Source: Vicugna vicugna (lineage: Eukaryota). From it: a stretch of 20,000 bases of DNA. Position numbers and translations under genes: made by a program. Where the stretch lies: contig MU057576.1 of NCBI GenBank assembly GCA_013265495.1, forward strand, positions 584,919 through 604,918, read 5' to 3'. The notes under the pieces were generated by a model. That model saw only the letters and a list, made by a program, of their open reading frames with translations. It was not told where the DNA came from and did not search any database. Position 1 is the stretch's first letter; every line of letters begins with the position of its first letter. Below, one piece after another: positions 11,840 through 20,000 of the stretch.

Positions 11840-11938
11840 CTATTGAGCCACTGGATGACATCGCAGCGGTGACAGACATCCTGGCCCAGCGGGAGGGTGC
11901 AAGACTGGAGACACCCCCACTCTGGCTAGCAATGCAAT
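11840..11938 (+). CDS. RTKN: RTKN last coding exon, 5' part (AIEPLDDIAAVTDILAQREGARLETPPLWLAM); remainder in gap
   Basis: CACAG|CT acceptor, phase 1; runs into Ns at 11939. Confidence 0.93.
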
Positions 11939-12313
11939 NNNNNNNNNNNNNNNNNNNNNNNNNNNNNNNNNNNNNNNNNNNNNNNNNNNNNNNNNNNNNN
12001 NNNNNNNNNNNNNNNNNNNNNNNNNNNNNNNNNNNNNNNNNNNNNNNNNNNNNNNNNNNNNNNNNNNNNNNNNNNNNNNNNNNNNNNNNNNNNNNNNNNN
12101 NNNNNNNNNNNNNNNNNNNNNNNNNNNNNNNNNNNNNNNNNNNNNNNNNNNNNNNNNNNNNNNNNNNNNNNNNNNNNNNNNNNNNNNNNNNNNNNNNNNN
12201 NNNNNNNNNNNNNNNNNNNNNNNNNNNNNNNNNNNNNNNNNNNNNNNNNNNNNNNNNNNNNNNNNNNNNNNNNNNNNNNNNNNNNNNNNNNNNNNNNNNN
12301 NNNNNNNNNNNNN
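11939..12313. other. Assembly gap (375 N) hiding the RTKN C-terminus and stop codon
   Basis: Run of N. Confidence 1.
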
Positions 12314-12391
12314 CCTGCACTAACCGGCTCTGAGGATGGCACTGAAGAGCCCCGGGAGGGAACACACCGCCCTTGTGACCCCGCATCAGCC

Positions 12392-12397
12392 ATTAAA
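12392..12397 (+). terminator. Probable RTKN polyadenylation signal ATTAAA
   Basis: Common variant hexamer in the visible 3' UTR between the gap and the WDR54 end. Confidence 0.55.
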
Positions 12398-12551
12398 GCT
12401 ATTTAACAGCAGCCTCCACCTGCTTCTGGACGGCTGCCTCTTGGCTTGGTCGGGAACCCGTCCCATCCCCCCACCCTGGAGCTCGGTTCACCTGGACGTG
12501 AGTATGGCTGTGATGCTGAGGAGTCAGACACGGGCTGGATGGGGGGGAAAC

Positions 12552-12557
12552 TTTATA
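12552..12557 (-). terminator. Possible WDR54 polyadenylation signal (TATAAA variant)
   Basis: TATAAA on - strand about 38 nt after the WDR54 stop codon; non-canonical hexamer. Confidence 0.4.
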
Positions 12558-12594
12558 AATAATACCACAGGGGGGAAGGAGGGCTGCTTCTCTC

Positions 12595-12726
12595 TCACAT
12601 GCTGCTGAATCTCAGGATCTCAGCGAGGTCATAGCCAGTCACAGCAAAGGAGCTGCCCGAGGGGTCACAGAATCGGGCACCACACACCTGGGTGTCCGGC
12701 ACACACTCACCATGACAGTGTTCCAC
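12595..12726 (-). CDS. WDR54: WDR54 last coding exon (VEHCHGECV...ILRFSSM*)
   Basis: CCTAG|GTG acceptor, TGA at 12597-12595, 132 nt. Confidence 0.96.
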   Translation of the reverse strand: MEHCHGECVPDTQVCGARFCDPSGSSFAVTGYDLAEILRFSSM

Positions 12727-12802
12727 CTAGGGGAGAGGAGGGCTGCTCAGGGCCTGCGGCCTCATGCTTGGGCCCACACTCCACTCCTCTTACAACACAC
12801 AC

Positions 12803-12877
12803 CTCAATGTAGCCACTCTCTGGGCTTCTGCTCAGCTTCCAGATGTGTACAAAGGTGTCTTCAGCCGCAGAGAGTAG
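12803..12877 (-). CDS. WDR54: WDR54 coding exon 8 (LLSAAEDTFVHIWKLSRSPESGYIE)
   Basis: Poly-T tract plus ATAG|CTA acceptor, GAG|GTGTGT donor, 75 nt. Confidence 0.95.
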
Positions 12878-13070
12878 CTATAAAAAAAAAAAAGAAAACA
12901 CAGGGAGGACCATTGGGAGTTGGAACACGCTGACAGGTGACTGATACAGGCTGTACCCAACCCAGGCGCCCAGAGAGGGGGCTACACTGAGTGGCAGAGA
13001 TAAGCCTGTGGACTTCCTCTGAACATTCCAGCACCAGGAACAAGGTTATAGAGGGATGGAGGAGACTGAC

Positions 13071-13233
13071 CTTGCCCACGTCGGGAGCCAGGTCCAGGGC
13101 ACAGACGGCCCGGGCGTGCGCGTTGATCTGGACGTGCAGAGTTCCTGTACTGGCTTCATACAGACGCACCTGCCCGTCCCCATAGCCTGCTGCTATGGTC
13201 CCCTGCCACAGCTGCACGGAAGGGCACGGGACC
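13071..13233 (-). CDS. WDR54: WDR54 coding exon 7 (VPCPSVQLWQG...LAPDVGK)
   Basis: GCAG|G acceptor, AAG|GTCAGT donor, 163 nt. Confidence 0.96.
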
Positions 13234-13331
13234 CTGCAAGGGTGATACCCCACTTTGATTTCCCAGACCCGGGCCCACTCCCACCGTGAAGCTACTTCAG
13301 GAAGGCCTCAGCCCCCTTCTGCCTCACCTAC

Positions 13332-13432
13332 CCGAATCCTGGAATTTGGGTCAGTAATTTGAATTCGGGCCCTGATCGCCAGACACACAGCAAGCCTGAG
13401 TCATCAGCTGTCACCATGTCAGCCACGCAGTC
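13332..13432 (-). CDS. WDR54: WDR54 coding exon 6 (DCVADMVTADDSGLLCVWRSG...IPGF)
   Basis: TCAG|GAC acceptor, GG|GTAGGT donor, 101 nt. Confidence 0.94.
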
Positions 13433-14169
13433 CTGAGGGGAAAGGCAGGATCAGCCCTTCCCTTTCTCCCCTGCTGGGTCCTGTACATGGGGCAGGAGGG
13501 GAAGGGAGGCAGAATTCGCATCTTTGCCTCTCTGGGGAAAGGGCAAGGTGCGGAGCCCTCGCTGGCAGCTGGAGGCTCCCCTCAGGAAGCATAAAACACT
13601 TTCCTTGTATTCCCTAGAGAGTCTTACTCCCTCTCCCGGACTGAACACACACACCAGGCGTTAGGAGAGGGGATATAATCGTCCTCACCGGATGGATGAT
13701 GAAACAGGCCACAGTGTCATGACCTTCTGGAGGTCTTGCAGTGAGACACTCAGAGTCACGACTAGTCTCTGGGCCGCCTGAGAGCCCCAAACCCCAAGCA
13801 GCAGACACAGCCCATGGGCCCAGCTCTGTGGCAGGTGCAGCGCAGGATGCAAATTGGAAGATACATATCCTGTTCCCAAGATGCTTACGACCCAGCTGGG
13901 GAAACAGGACTTGTCTCTGAGGGCAGTATCAATTCAAGGCTCAGCTGAGGGAGACCAGTGGGAGCTGGAATAGGGGGGTGGCTTCCTGAGGTGGCACTGG
14001 GGTGGGCCTGAAGAGGCAGGACTCGCCCAAGTTCAGAGAAGGAAGCTACACATGTCAGAGCAGGAAAGCATCTTGGCAACTGTCTGCCCCAACTCTTCAC
14101 ACCAGCCTTGTAAAGTGTTAGAAAACGACTGAATGCCATGTAAATGGAAAGTAACCCTGGCGCTGTCAC

Positions 14170-14260
14170 TGGACCCGAGGTTGCTGAAGCCTAGGAGAGT
14201 CTAGCAATTTGCCTAAAGTCATCCAGCTGCTTGAACCCAGCTCTCCTGCCTCCCAAGGCA
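14170..14260 (-). mobile_element. Short MIR-like fragment
   Basis: ctgaagcctaggagag..aatttgcctaaagtcatccagct..ttgaacccagctctcctgcctcc. Confidence 0.45.
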
Positions 14261-14307
14261 GGGAAGGCCCCCACACCCACTGGAACAGGTAGGCGAAATC
14301 CACTTAC

Positions 14308-14435
14308 CTGGCCCTGGGCAGGCTCGGTGGCAATGTCTGTGACTGGTGTCTGGTGTCCAGCCAGCTCTTCACTCAGAACGATGTGGGGACCCTTGGCTGG
14401 GATGTCAAACACCAATACCCGGCCTGACCACGCTC
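14308..14435 (-). CDS. WDR54: WDR54 coding exon 5 (GAWSGRVLVFDIPAKG...EPAQGQ)
   Basis: GCAG|GA acceptor, CAG|GTAAGT donor, 128 nt. Confidence 0.96.
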
Positions 14436-14760
14436 CTGCAGAAGCAGTGCTCCACTGATGGCTTCCTGATCCTCCCAGGTCCCCAGCCCCCACACTCAGC
14501 ACTTCCTCCATCCCAGAGACCTTAGTAACAAACCCACCTCTCATTGCTCCAACCAGCCTTGCCCCCATATTCACCACCCTTATCCTATCCCACCCTGCCC
14601 CTCTAAACCCCTCCACACACAGCTTTTTGGAGTCTTCAGACCCTCTTCACTCCCACCCTTCCCTCTAACCCTCCAGTTTCCTCAGACCAGCATCTTCGTG
14701 GCCAAAGCACACACCCCTATGCCCCAGCACCCCACAATGCCCTGCCCTCGGCCCCCTCAC

Positions 14761-14814
14761 CCACACAGATGAAGTGACCACTGGCAGCAATTCCTCGGGC
14801 AAACACAGCCTGTA
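14761..14814 (-). CDS. WDR54: WDR54 coding exon 4 (VQAVFARGIAASGHFICV)
   Basis: TTAG|TA acceptor, G|GTGAGG donor, 54 nt. Confidence 0.95.
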
Positions 14815-14904
14815 CTAAGTATGAGAGGGGAAAACTATTAGAAATAGCATCTCCCCATCCCCACAAACACTCCCTACCCCTGCCCCACGCAGTCCCACAG
14901 GTAC

Positions 14905-14971
14905 CTAGAGACGCATCTCCAGAGTCCAGTGCGTGCCAATAGACCATGACGGAGCCATCAGACTCGTACAT
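14905..14971 (-). CDS. WDR54: WDR54 coding exon 3 (MYESDGSVMVYWHALDSGDASL)
   Basis: CCAG|ATG acceptor, G|GTACCT donor, 67 nt. Confidence 0.94.
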
Positions 14972-15039
14972 CTGGAAGACGGGGTGAGGATGGGGTCACA
15001 ACTCAGCTGACCTTTGCTGAGCTCTGTGCTGACTACTCC

Positions 15040-15200
15040 ACGTACTCATGTTAGCCTTAGCCCAATTAATCCTCAAAACCACCCTGGGAGGTCGGCATTA
15101 CTTTTATCCCCATTTTACAGAGGAGGACACTGAGGCTCTGAGAAGTCAAATTACCCAAGGACATGCGGCTAGTAAAGGGGCAGATATTGGAGATGGCACC
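15040..15200 (-). mobile_element. MIR SINE (core region)
   Basis: taatcctcaaaaccaccctgggagg..tatccccattttacagaggaggacactgaggctctgagaagtcaa..cccaagg..gctagtaa. Confidence 0.85.
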
Positions 15201-15371
15201 TGAGAACTGAAAAACAGGGAAGGAGAGAAGATGAGAAACAAGGAGGAGGGGGCTAAGCACATCAAAAGTTTGGAAATGCTTAGAGGTAAATGGGGGAAAG
15301 GTCTAGGGGCCTTGGGGAGAAGGTGAGAAGACTCTAGTTGGGGAGGGCAGGAAGGTCCTCTTCTTTCTTAC

Positions 15372-15434
15372 CTGTATTCCTCGATGTGAGGCGAGTACCA
15401 GCAATACTCGGTAAGGGAGGACACACCAGTGGAC
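15372..15434 (-). CDS. WDR54: WDR54 coding exon 2 (VHWCVLPYRVLLVLASHRGIQ)
   Basis: CCAG|GTC acceptor, CAG|GTAAGA donor, 63 nt. Confidence 0.95.
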
Positions 15435-15602
15435 CTGGAGGGCGGTGAGTCAGGGCAGGGAGAGGTGGTCAGAGCAGGGGACACGAGGACTCAGAAGTGT
15501 GGAAATTCAGACGGCTAGACAAGGCCTCTTCCTCGGGGTTTGGAGAGGAGGGGCTGGGTGAGGGCTGGTTTCAGCAGCACCGCTCCCAACTCCATGGCTC
15601 AC

Positions 15603-15818
15603 CTGGGTGATAAGTGGGGAGCTCACGCCAGCGCCCTCCTTAGCGTGGAGCTGGCGCTGGGCCAAGGGCACCCCCTCAGGAGCAGCGCTGAGAAGCTGGG
15701 CGCTGGGTCCATGGACTACGCCAAAATGTGTGAGGTTGCGCTGCTGCAGCACACTGAGGTTGTTGCACAGGGCGGCCGCCGAGCCTCGAAGGGGAATGGA
15801 GCGCTCCCGGCGGAACAT
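15603..15818 (-). CDS. WDR54: WDR54 coding exon 1 (MFRRERSIPL...PLITQ)
   Basis: CCCTAG|G-ATG acceptor immediately upstream, donor CAG|GTGAGC, 216 nt. Confidence 0.95.
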
Positions 15819-15825
15819 CCTAGGG

Positions 15826-15895
15826 GAGAGACGCCCGAATCACCAGGCTCACGGGAAATAGAGAGACGCCCGAATTACCAGGCTCACGGGAAATA
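15826..15895. repeat. Direct tandem duplication, 2 x 35 bp, one mismatch
   Basis: gagagacgcccgaat(c/t)accaggctcacgggaaata at 15826-15860 and 15861-15895. Confidence 0.95.
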
Positions 15896-16263
15896 GGCGA
15901 CGATTCCTGTGGGGGTTGGGGGCGCTGTTATGAGGCACTGGGAGAGACCCCTGAGTCTGGGTCATGATGGGATGGGGGGTCACATGGTGCGGGGAGGGTA
16001 TCATGGAGCAGGCAAGGGGAACCCCAGGGCTGAGTAATCGGGCGATGCGGGGAATCCCGGAGGAGGAACGGAGATGGCACAGGCCCCAGTGGCCCAAAGA
16101 GCCCAAGCCGAGGTGGGATGAAGCGAGGTAGCCCCCAGGCCCTACCTCCCTCCGCTCGGCTCCCCGAAGACCCTAGGCTGCTTAGAGTCACACCATCCGC
16201 CCCAAATCGGCTTCCTGTCTCTAGAAGCGTCGTCTCTCCGAATCCGCCGCCACCATAGAGACG

Positions 16264-16282
16264 ACGCACGCACGCACGCACG
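16264..16282. repeat. (ACGC)n microsatellite, about 4.75 units
   Basis: acgcacgcacgcacgcacg read directly. Confidence 0.85.
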
Positions 16283-16447
16283 GCCGCTGGGTGGGGCCAG
16301 CAACCCGGAAGTGCGATGCGGGGGCCCGGCTGCCGGGGCGACCTTTAGACCAGGGCGGCCCTTAGAACTGGGCGGCTCCTAGACTGGGGCGGACGCAGAG
16401 AGACTAGGAAGCCGTGGAGCTGCAGGGTCTGAGCTGCCGCTGTGGCG

Positions 16448-16465
16448 ATGGCGGACAAAGGCTCG
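16448..16465 (+). CDS. C2orf81: C2orf81-like first coding exon (MADKGS)
   Basis: GCG-ATG-G Kozak context, 18 nt, donor TCG|GTGAGC; resembles recalled human N-terminus MAHEGS. Confidence 0.7.
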
Positions 16466-16937
16466 GTGAGCCTAAGCTCAGCGGAGGGTGCGCCAGAGCG
16501 GGGACAGCCCGCTCAGATCCGCGTCCCCATCCCTGGGCCAGCTCGGAGCCACCCGGCGCCCGCCCACCACGCGGGCGCTCGGGATGGTCAGGGAAGCCGC
16601 GTCACTGCGCTGGGGCGGAGAACTCCACCTGCGCCGCGCCCACACAGACGCCCGGTCACACCGGGAAGCTGGGGGAAAGGGTTTCAGTGGGTGGTGCAGA
16701 GCCCAAGAAGAAGAAGCGACTTAGCGTGTAATAAGTCTCTTACATTGAGTTACCCACTTAAATGGAAAAACCAGAACTGGTCAGGCCCTGGGGAGAGGTG
16801 TTGCTAGATGAATGAGCCATTTTGAGAATTTCAGGAGGAAGAAATGGACTATATAACAATGAGGCTACGCTTGAAAGTCAAATTGTTTAAGTCAAGACAG
16901 TTTAAAATAAGAAGATGATTTGGAGAGCATTTGTACA

Positions 16938-17882
16938 NNNNNNNNNNNNNNNNNNNNNNNNNNNNNNNNNNNNNNNNNNNNNNNNNNNNNNNNNNNNNNN
17001 NNNNNNNNNNNNNNNNNNNNNNNNNNNNNNNNNNNNNNNNNNNNNNNNNNNNNNNNNNNNNNNNNNNNNNNNNNNNNNNNNNNNNNNNNNNNNNNNNNNN
17101 NNNNNNNNNNNNNNNNNNNNNNNNNNNNNNNNNNNNNNNNNNNNNNNNNNNNNNNNNNNNNNNNNNNNNNNNNNNNNNNNNNNNNNNNNNNNNNNNNNNN
17201 NNNNNNNNNNNNNNNNNNNNNNNNNNNNNNNNNNNNNNNNNNNNNNNNNNNNNNNNNNNNNNNNNNNNNNNNNNNNNNNNNNNNNNNNNNNNNNNNNNNN
17301 NNNNNNNNNNNNNNNNNNNNNNNNNNNNNNNNNNNNNNNNNNNNNNNNNNNNNNNNNNNNNNNNNNNNNNNNNNNNNNNNNNNNNNNNNNNNNNNNNNNN
17401 NNNNNNNNNNNNNNNNNNNNNNNNNNNNNNNNNNNNNNNNNNNNNNNNNNNNNNNNNNNNNNNNNNNNNNNNNNNNNNNNNNNNNNNNNNNNNNNNNNNN
17501 NNNNNNNNNNNNNNNNNNNNNNNNNNNNNNNNNNNNNNNNNNNNNNNNNNNNNNNNNNNNNNNNNNNNNNNNNNNNNNNNNNNNNNNNNNNNNNNNNNNN
17601 NNNNNNNNNNNNNNNNNNNNNNNNNNNNNNNNNNNNNNNNNNNNNNNNNNNNNNNNNNNNNNNNNNNNNNNNNNNNNNNNNNNNNNNNNNNNNNNNNNNN
17701 NNNNNNNNNNNNNNNNNNNNNNNNNNNNNNNNNNNNNNNNNNNNNNNNNNNNNNNNNNNNNNNNNNNNNNNNNNNNNNNNNNNNNNNNNNNNNNNNNNNN
17801 NNNNNNNNNNNNNNNNNNNNNNNNNNNNNNNNNNNNNNNNNNNNNNNNNNNNNNNNNNNNNNNNNNNNNNNNNNNNNNNNNN
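16938..17882. other. Assembly gap (945 N) in C2orf81-like intron 1
   Basis: Run of N. Confidence 1.
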
Positions 17883-18295
17883 TTTTTCATTTAATATATC
17901 ATAAGAATTTTCCTATGGTATTGTAAATTCTTCCTGAAGATTGCCTCCAATCATGGGATAATGTTCCATCACATAGCTCGCACACAACTAGCCATCTGTT
18001 CTCTTTTTGTTAGACCTATGTTTTCAATATTCTGCTGTTATAAATGACATTACAGAAAATATTTTAGAGAATATAGTTTTATTTTCATTTCAGAATATGC
18101 TTTTTGGTATATTTATAAAACTGGAATTGATATTTTTGAAAATTGTACATCTTTTCAAATGTCATCAACAGTTCTACTTTTATGAACTATGTCCTTTGCT
18201 TATTCTTGGGGGTCTTATGATTTTTTAAACAATTTATGTGCATTTTTATATTTGTGGGATATTTATTCTTTTTAATATTTGTTGGAAACATTTTT
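17883..18295 (-). mobile_element. AT-rich degenerate L1M-like fragment
   Basis: aatgttccatc, ttttcaatattctgctgttataaat, ttttatatttgtgggatattta..ttaatatttgttggaaacatttt resemble old antisense L1 3' regions. Confidence 0.5.
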
Positions 18296-18309
18296 GTTTG
18301 TTTGTTTAG

Positions 18310-18430
18310 GAAGCAGGATAAAGTCAAGTTCTAGAGGCAGACCTGCCTGCATATGAATTACAACTGCACTGCTTCCTTGCTCTCTGATCCTGGGCAAATT
18401 CTGTAAAGTGGGGATAAAAATATTCTACTA
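18310..18430 (+). mobile_element. MIR fragment
   Basis: ctagaggcagacctg..ctgcactgcttcc..tgatcctgggcaaatt..ctgtaaagtggggataa. Confidence 0.6.
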
Positions 18431-18899
18431 TTTTAGTACATACTCTAAAAAGTATAGCAACTGAATCCATGTATGTGACTGATAGGCTTTAAGTGGCAGT
18501 ACATGGTAATTACTATTACCAGCTTGTACATAGGAATTTTTTAAAAAGTAAGGAAAGGAAAATTTGACCTGTAGGTATACACTTTTCTACCCATTTGTTT
18601 ATTATTCTTACATGATGTTTATGCTTAGGTAGTTCTCTCTTACCCAGAGATTCTATGACAATTTAAACTACTTTTCCTACATTTTATGTTTTGTTTTTAT
18701 TTTGTTTTATTTCTGTGTGTGTTTATCCTTTCATTCAGCTGGAATTTATTGAGATGTATATTGTGAAGTGAGGACCTAAGTTGATTTGAGGGAGGGGAGG
18801 AGACTAAACACACCAATACTTCCAGCACTGTTTGTTCACCCATCTTTCTCAAGTTCTTTGAACTCTCAAGAGTTTTGAACACTTTAAACTAGTGCAAAT

Positions 18900-19090
18900 A
18901 ACAAGCACTCTGCGGTTAGAGCTATACATAGCCTGGGTTCAGGGTATAATCTCAAGCAAATGTAGGTTAACTTCTGTCGAGTTTCAGTTTCTTTGTCTGT
19001 AAAATGGGCTTACAGCTGTTAGGAAAATTGAAATAGCTAGGTCACACACCCGAGAAGCGTCTGTCCCATAGTAGGCTCTTAGTAAATTGT
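18900..19090 (+). mobile_element. MIR fragment
   Basis: gcctgggttca..ttaacttctg..tttcagtttctttgtctgtaaaatggg..gttaggaaaattgaaat..catagtaggctcttagtaaat. Confidence 0.65.
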
Positions 19091-19182
19091 CCCTTTCAAA
19101 AGGTTTTTCCTTCCTATTAGACAACTTAAGGAAGCTTCCTCCTTCTCCACTCCTCGGTTTCTCACCCAGATTTGCCTTATAG

Positions 19183-20000
<818 letters not shown>

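Larger units (their letters stand above)
836..11938 (+). other. RTKN: RTKN (rhotekin) gene span, visible coding part; 3' end of CDS lies in N-gap
   Basis: 12 GT-AG exons join in frame into an HR1 (Rho-binding), anillin-homology and PH-domain protein matching recalled rhotekin sequence. Confidence 0.98.
12595..15818 (-). other. WDR54: WDR54 (WD repeat domain 54) gene coding span, 332 aa
   Basis: Nine exons sum to 999 nt, ATG to TGA with no interruption; translation matches recalled WDR54 (MFRxERSIPLRGSAAALCNNLS...GYDLAEI.RFSS). Confidence 0.97.
16040..16670. promoter_or_regulatory. CpG-island bidirectional promoter of WDR54 (-) and C2orf81-like (+)
   Basis: High CpG density, ETS/GABPA motif CCGGAAGT at 16305-16312, several GGGCGG boxes, head-to-head gene starts. 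Boundaries approximate. Confidence 0.8.

Noticed and set aside
11934..11938. RTKN reads LAMQ instead of recalled LAMF just before the gap
   Set aside because: Last bases at a contig edge are unreliable; not evidence for a real frameshift.
12882..12899. A-rich run resembling a retroposon tail
   Set aside because: It is the poly-T pyrimidine tract of the WDR54 exon 8 acceptor on the - strand.
13683..13730. Possible extra WDR54 exon with donor CCG|GTGAGG
   Set aside because: No convincing pyrimidine tract or acceptor, and the CDS is complete without it.
15826..15895. 35-bp repeats as a CRISPR-like array
   Set aside because: Two abutting copies with no spacer in eukaryotic DNA; a simple tandem duplication.
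16892..17926. Long 324-332 aa ORFs in the ORF track
   Set aside because: Made almost entirely of X from the N-gap.

Overview
Mammalian genomic window from a draft assembly with two N-gaps (11939-12313 and 16938-17882), matching the conserved RTKN-WDR54-C2orf81 block. RTKN (rhotekin) lies on the + strand as 12 coding exons from the MQDRLHILED first exon (836); the end of its last exon is hidden in a gap. WDR54 lies on the - strand as 9 coding exons totalling 999 nt (332 aa), intact and tail-to-tail with RTKN. A CpG-island bidirectional promoter separates WDR54 from a C2orf81-like gene on the + strand, whose downstream exons look decayed: two in-frame TGA stops, a +1 frameshift and an apparent large internal deletion. 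Other notable items are a candidate RTKN cassette exon that would swap the C-terminus, a candidate internal CRE/GC-box CpG promoter with an in-frame alternative RTKN first exon (MARAREES), and a 35-bp tandem duplication at the WDR54 start-exon acceptor. Introns carry old L2, MIR, hAT-Charlie and L1M fragments. Gene identities rest on recalled human protein sequences plus exact splice-phase consistency; no database search was run. No wholly new biological system is supported.
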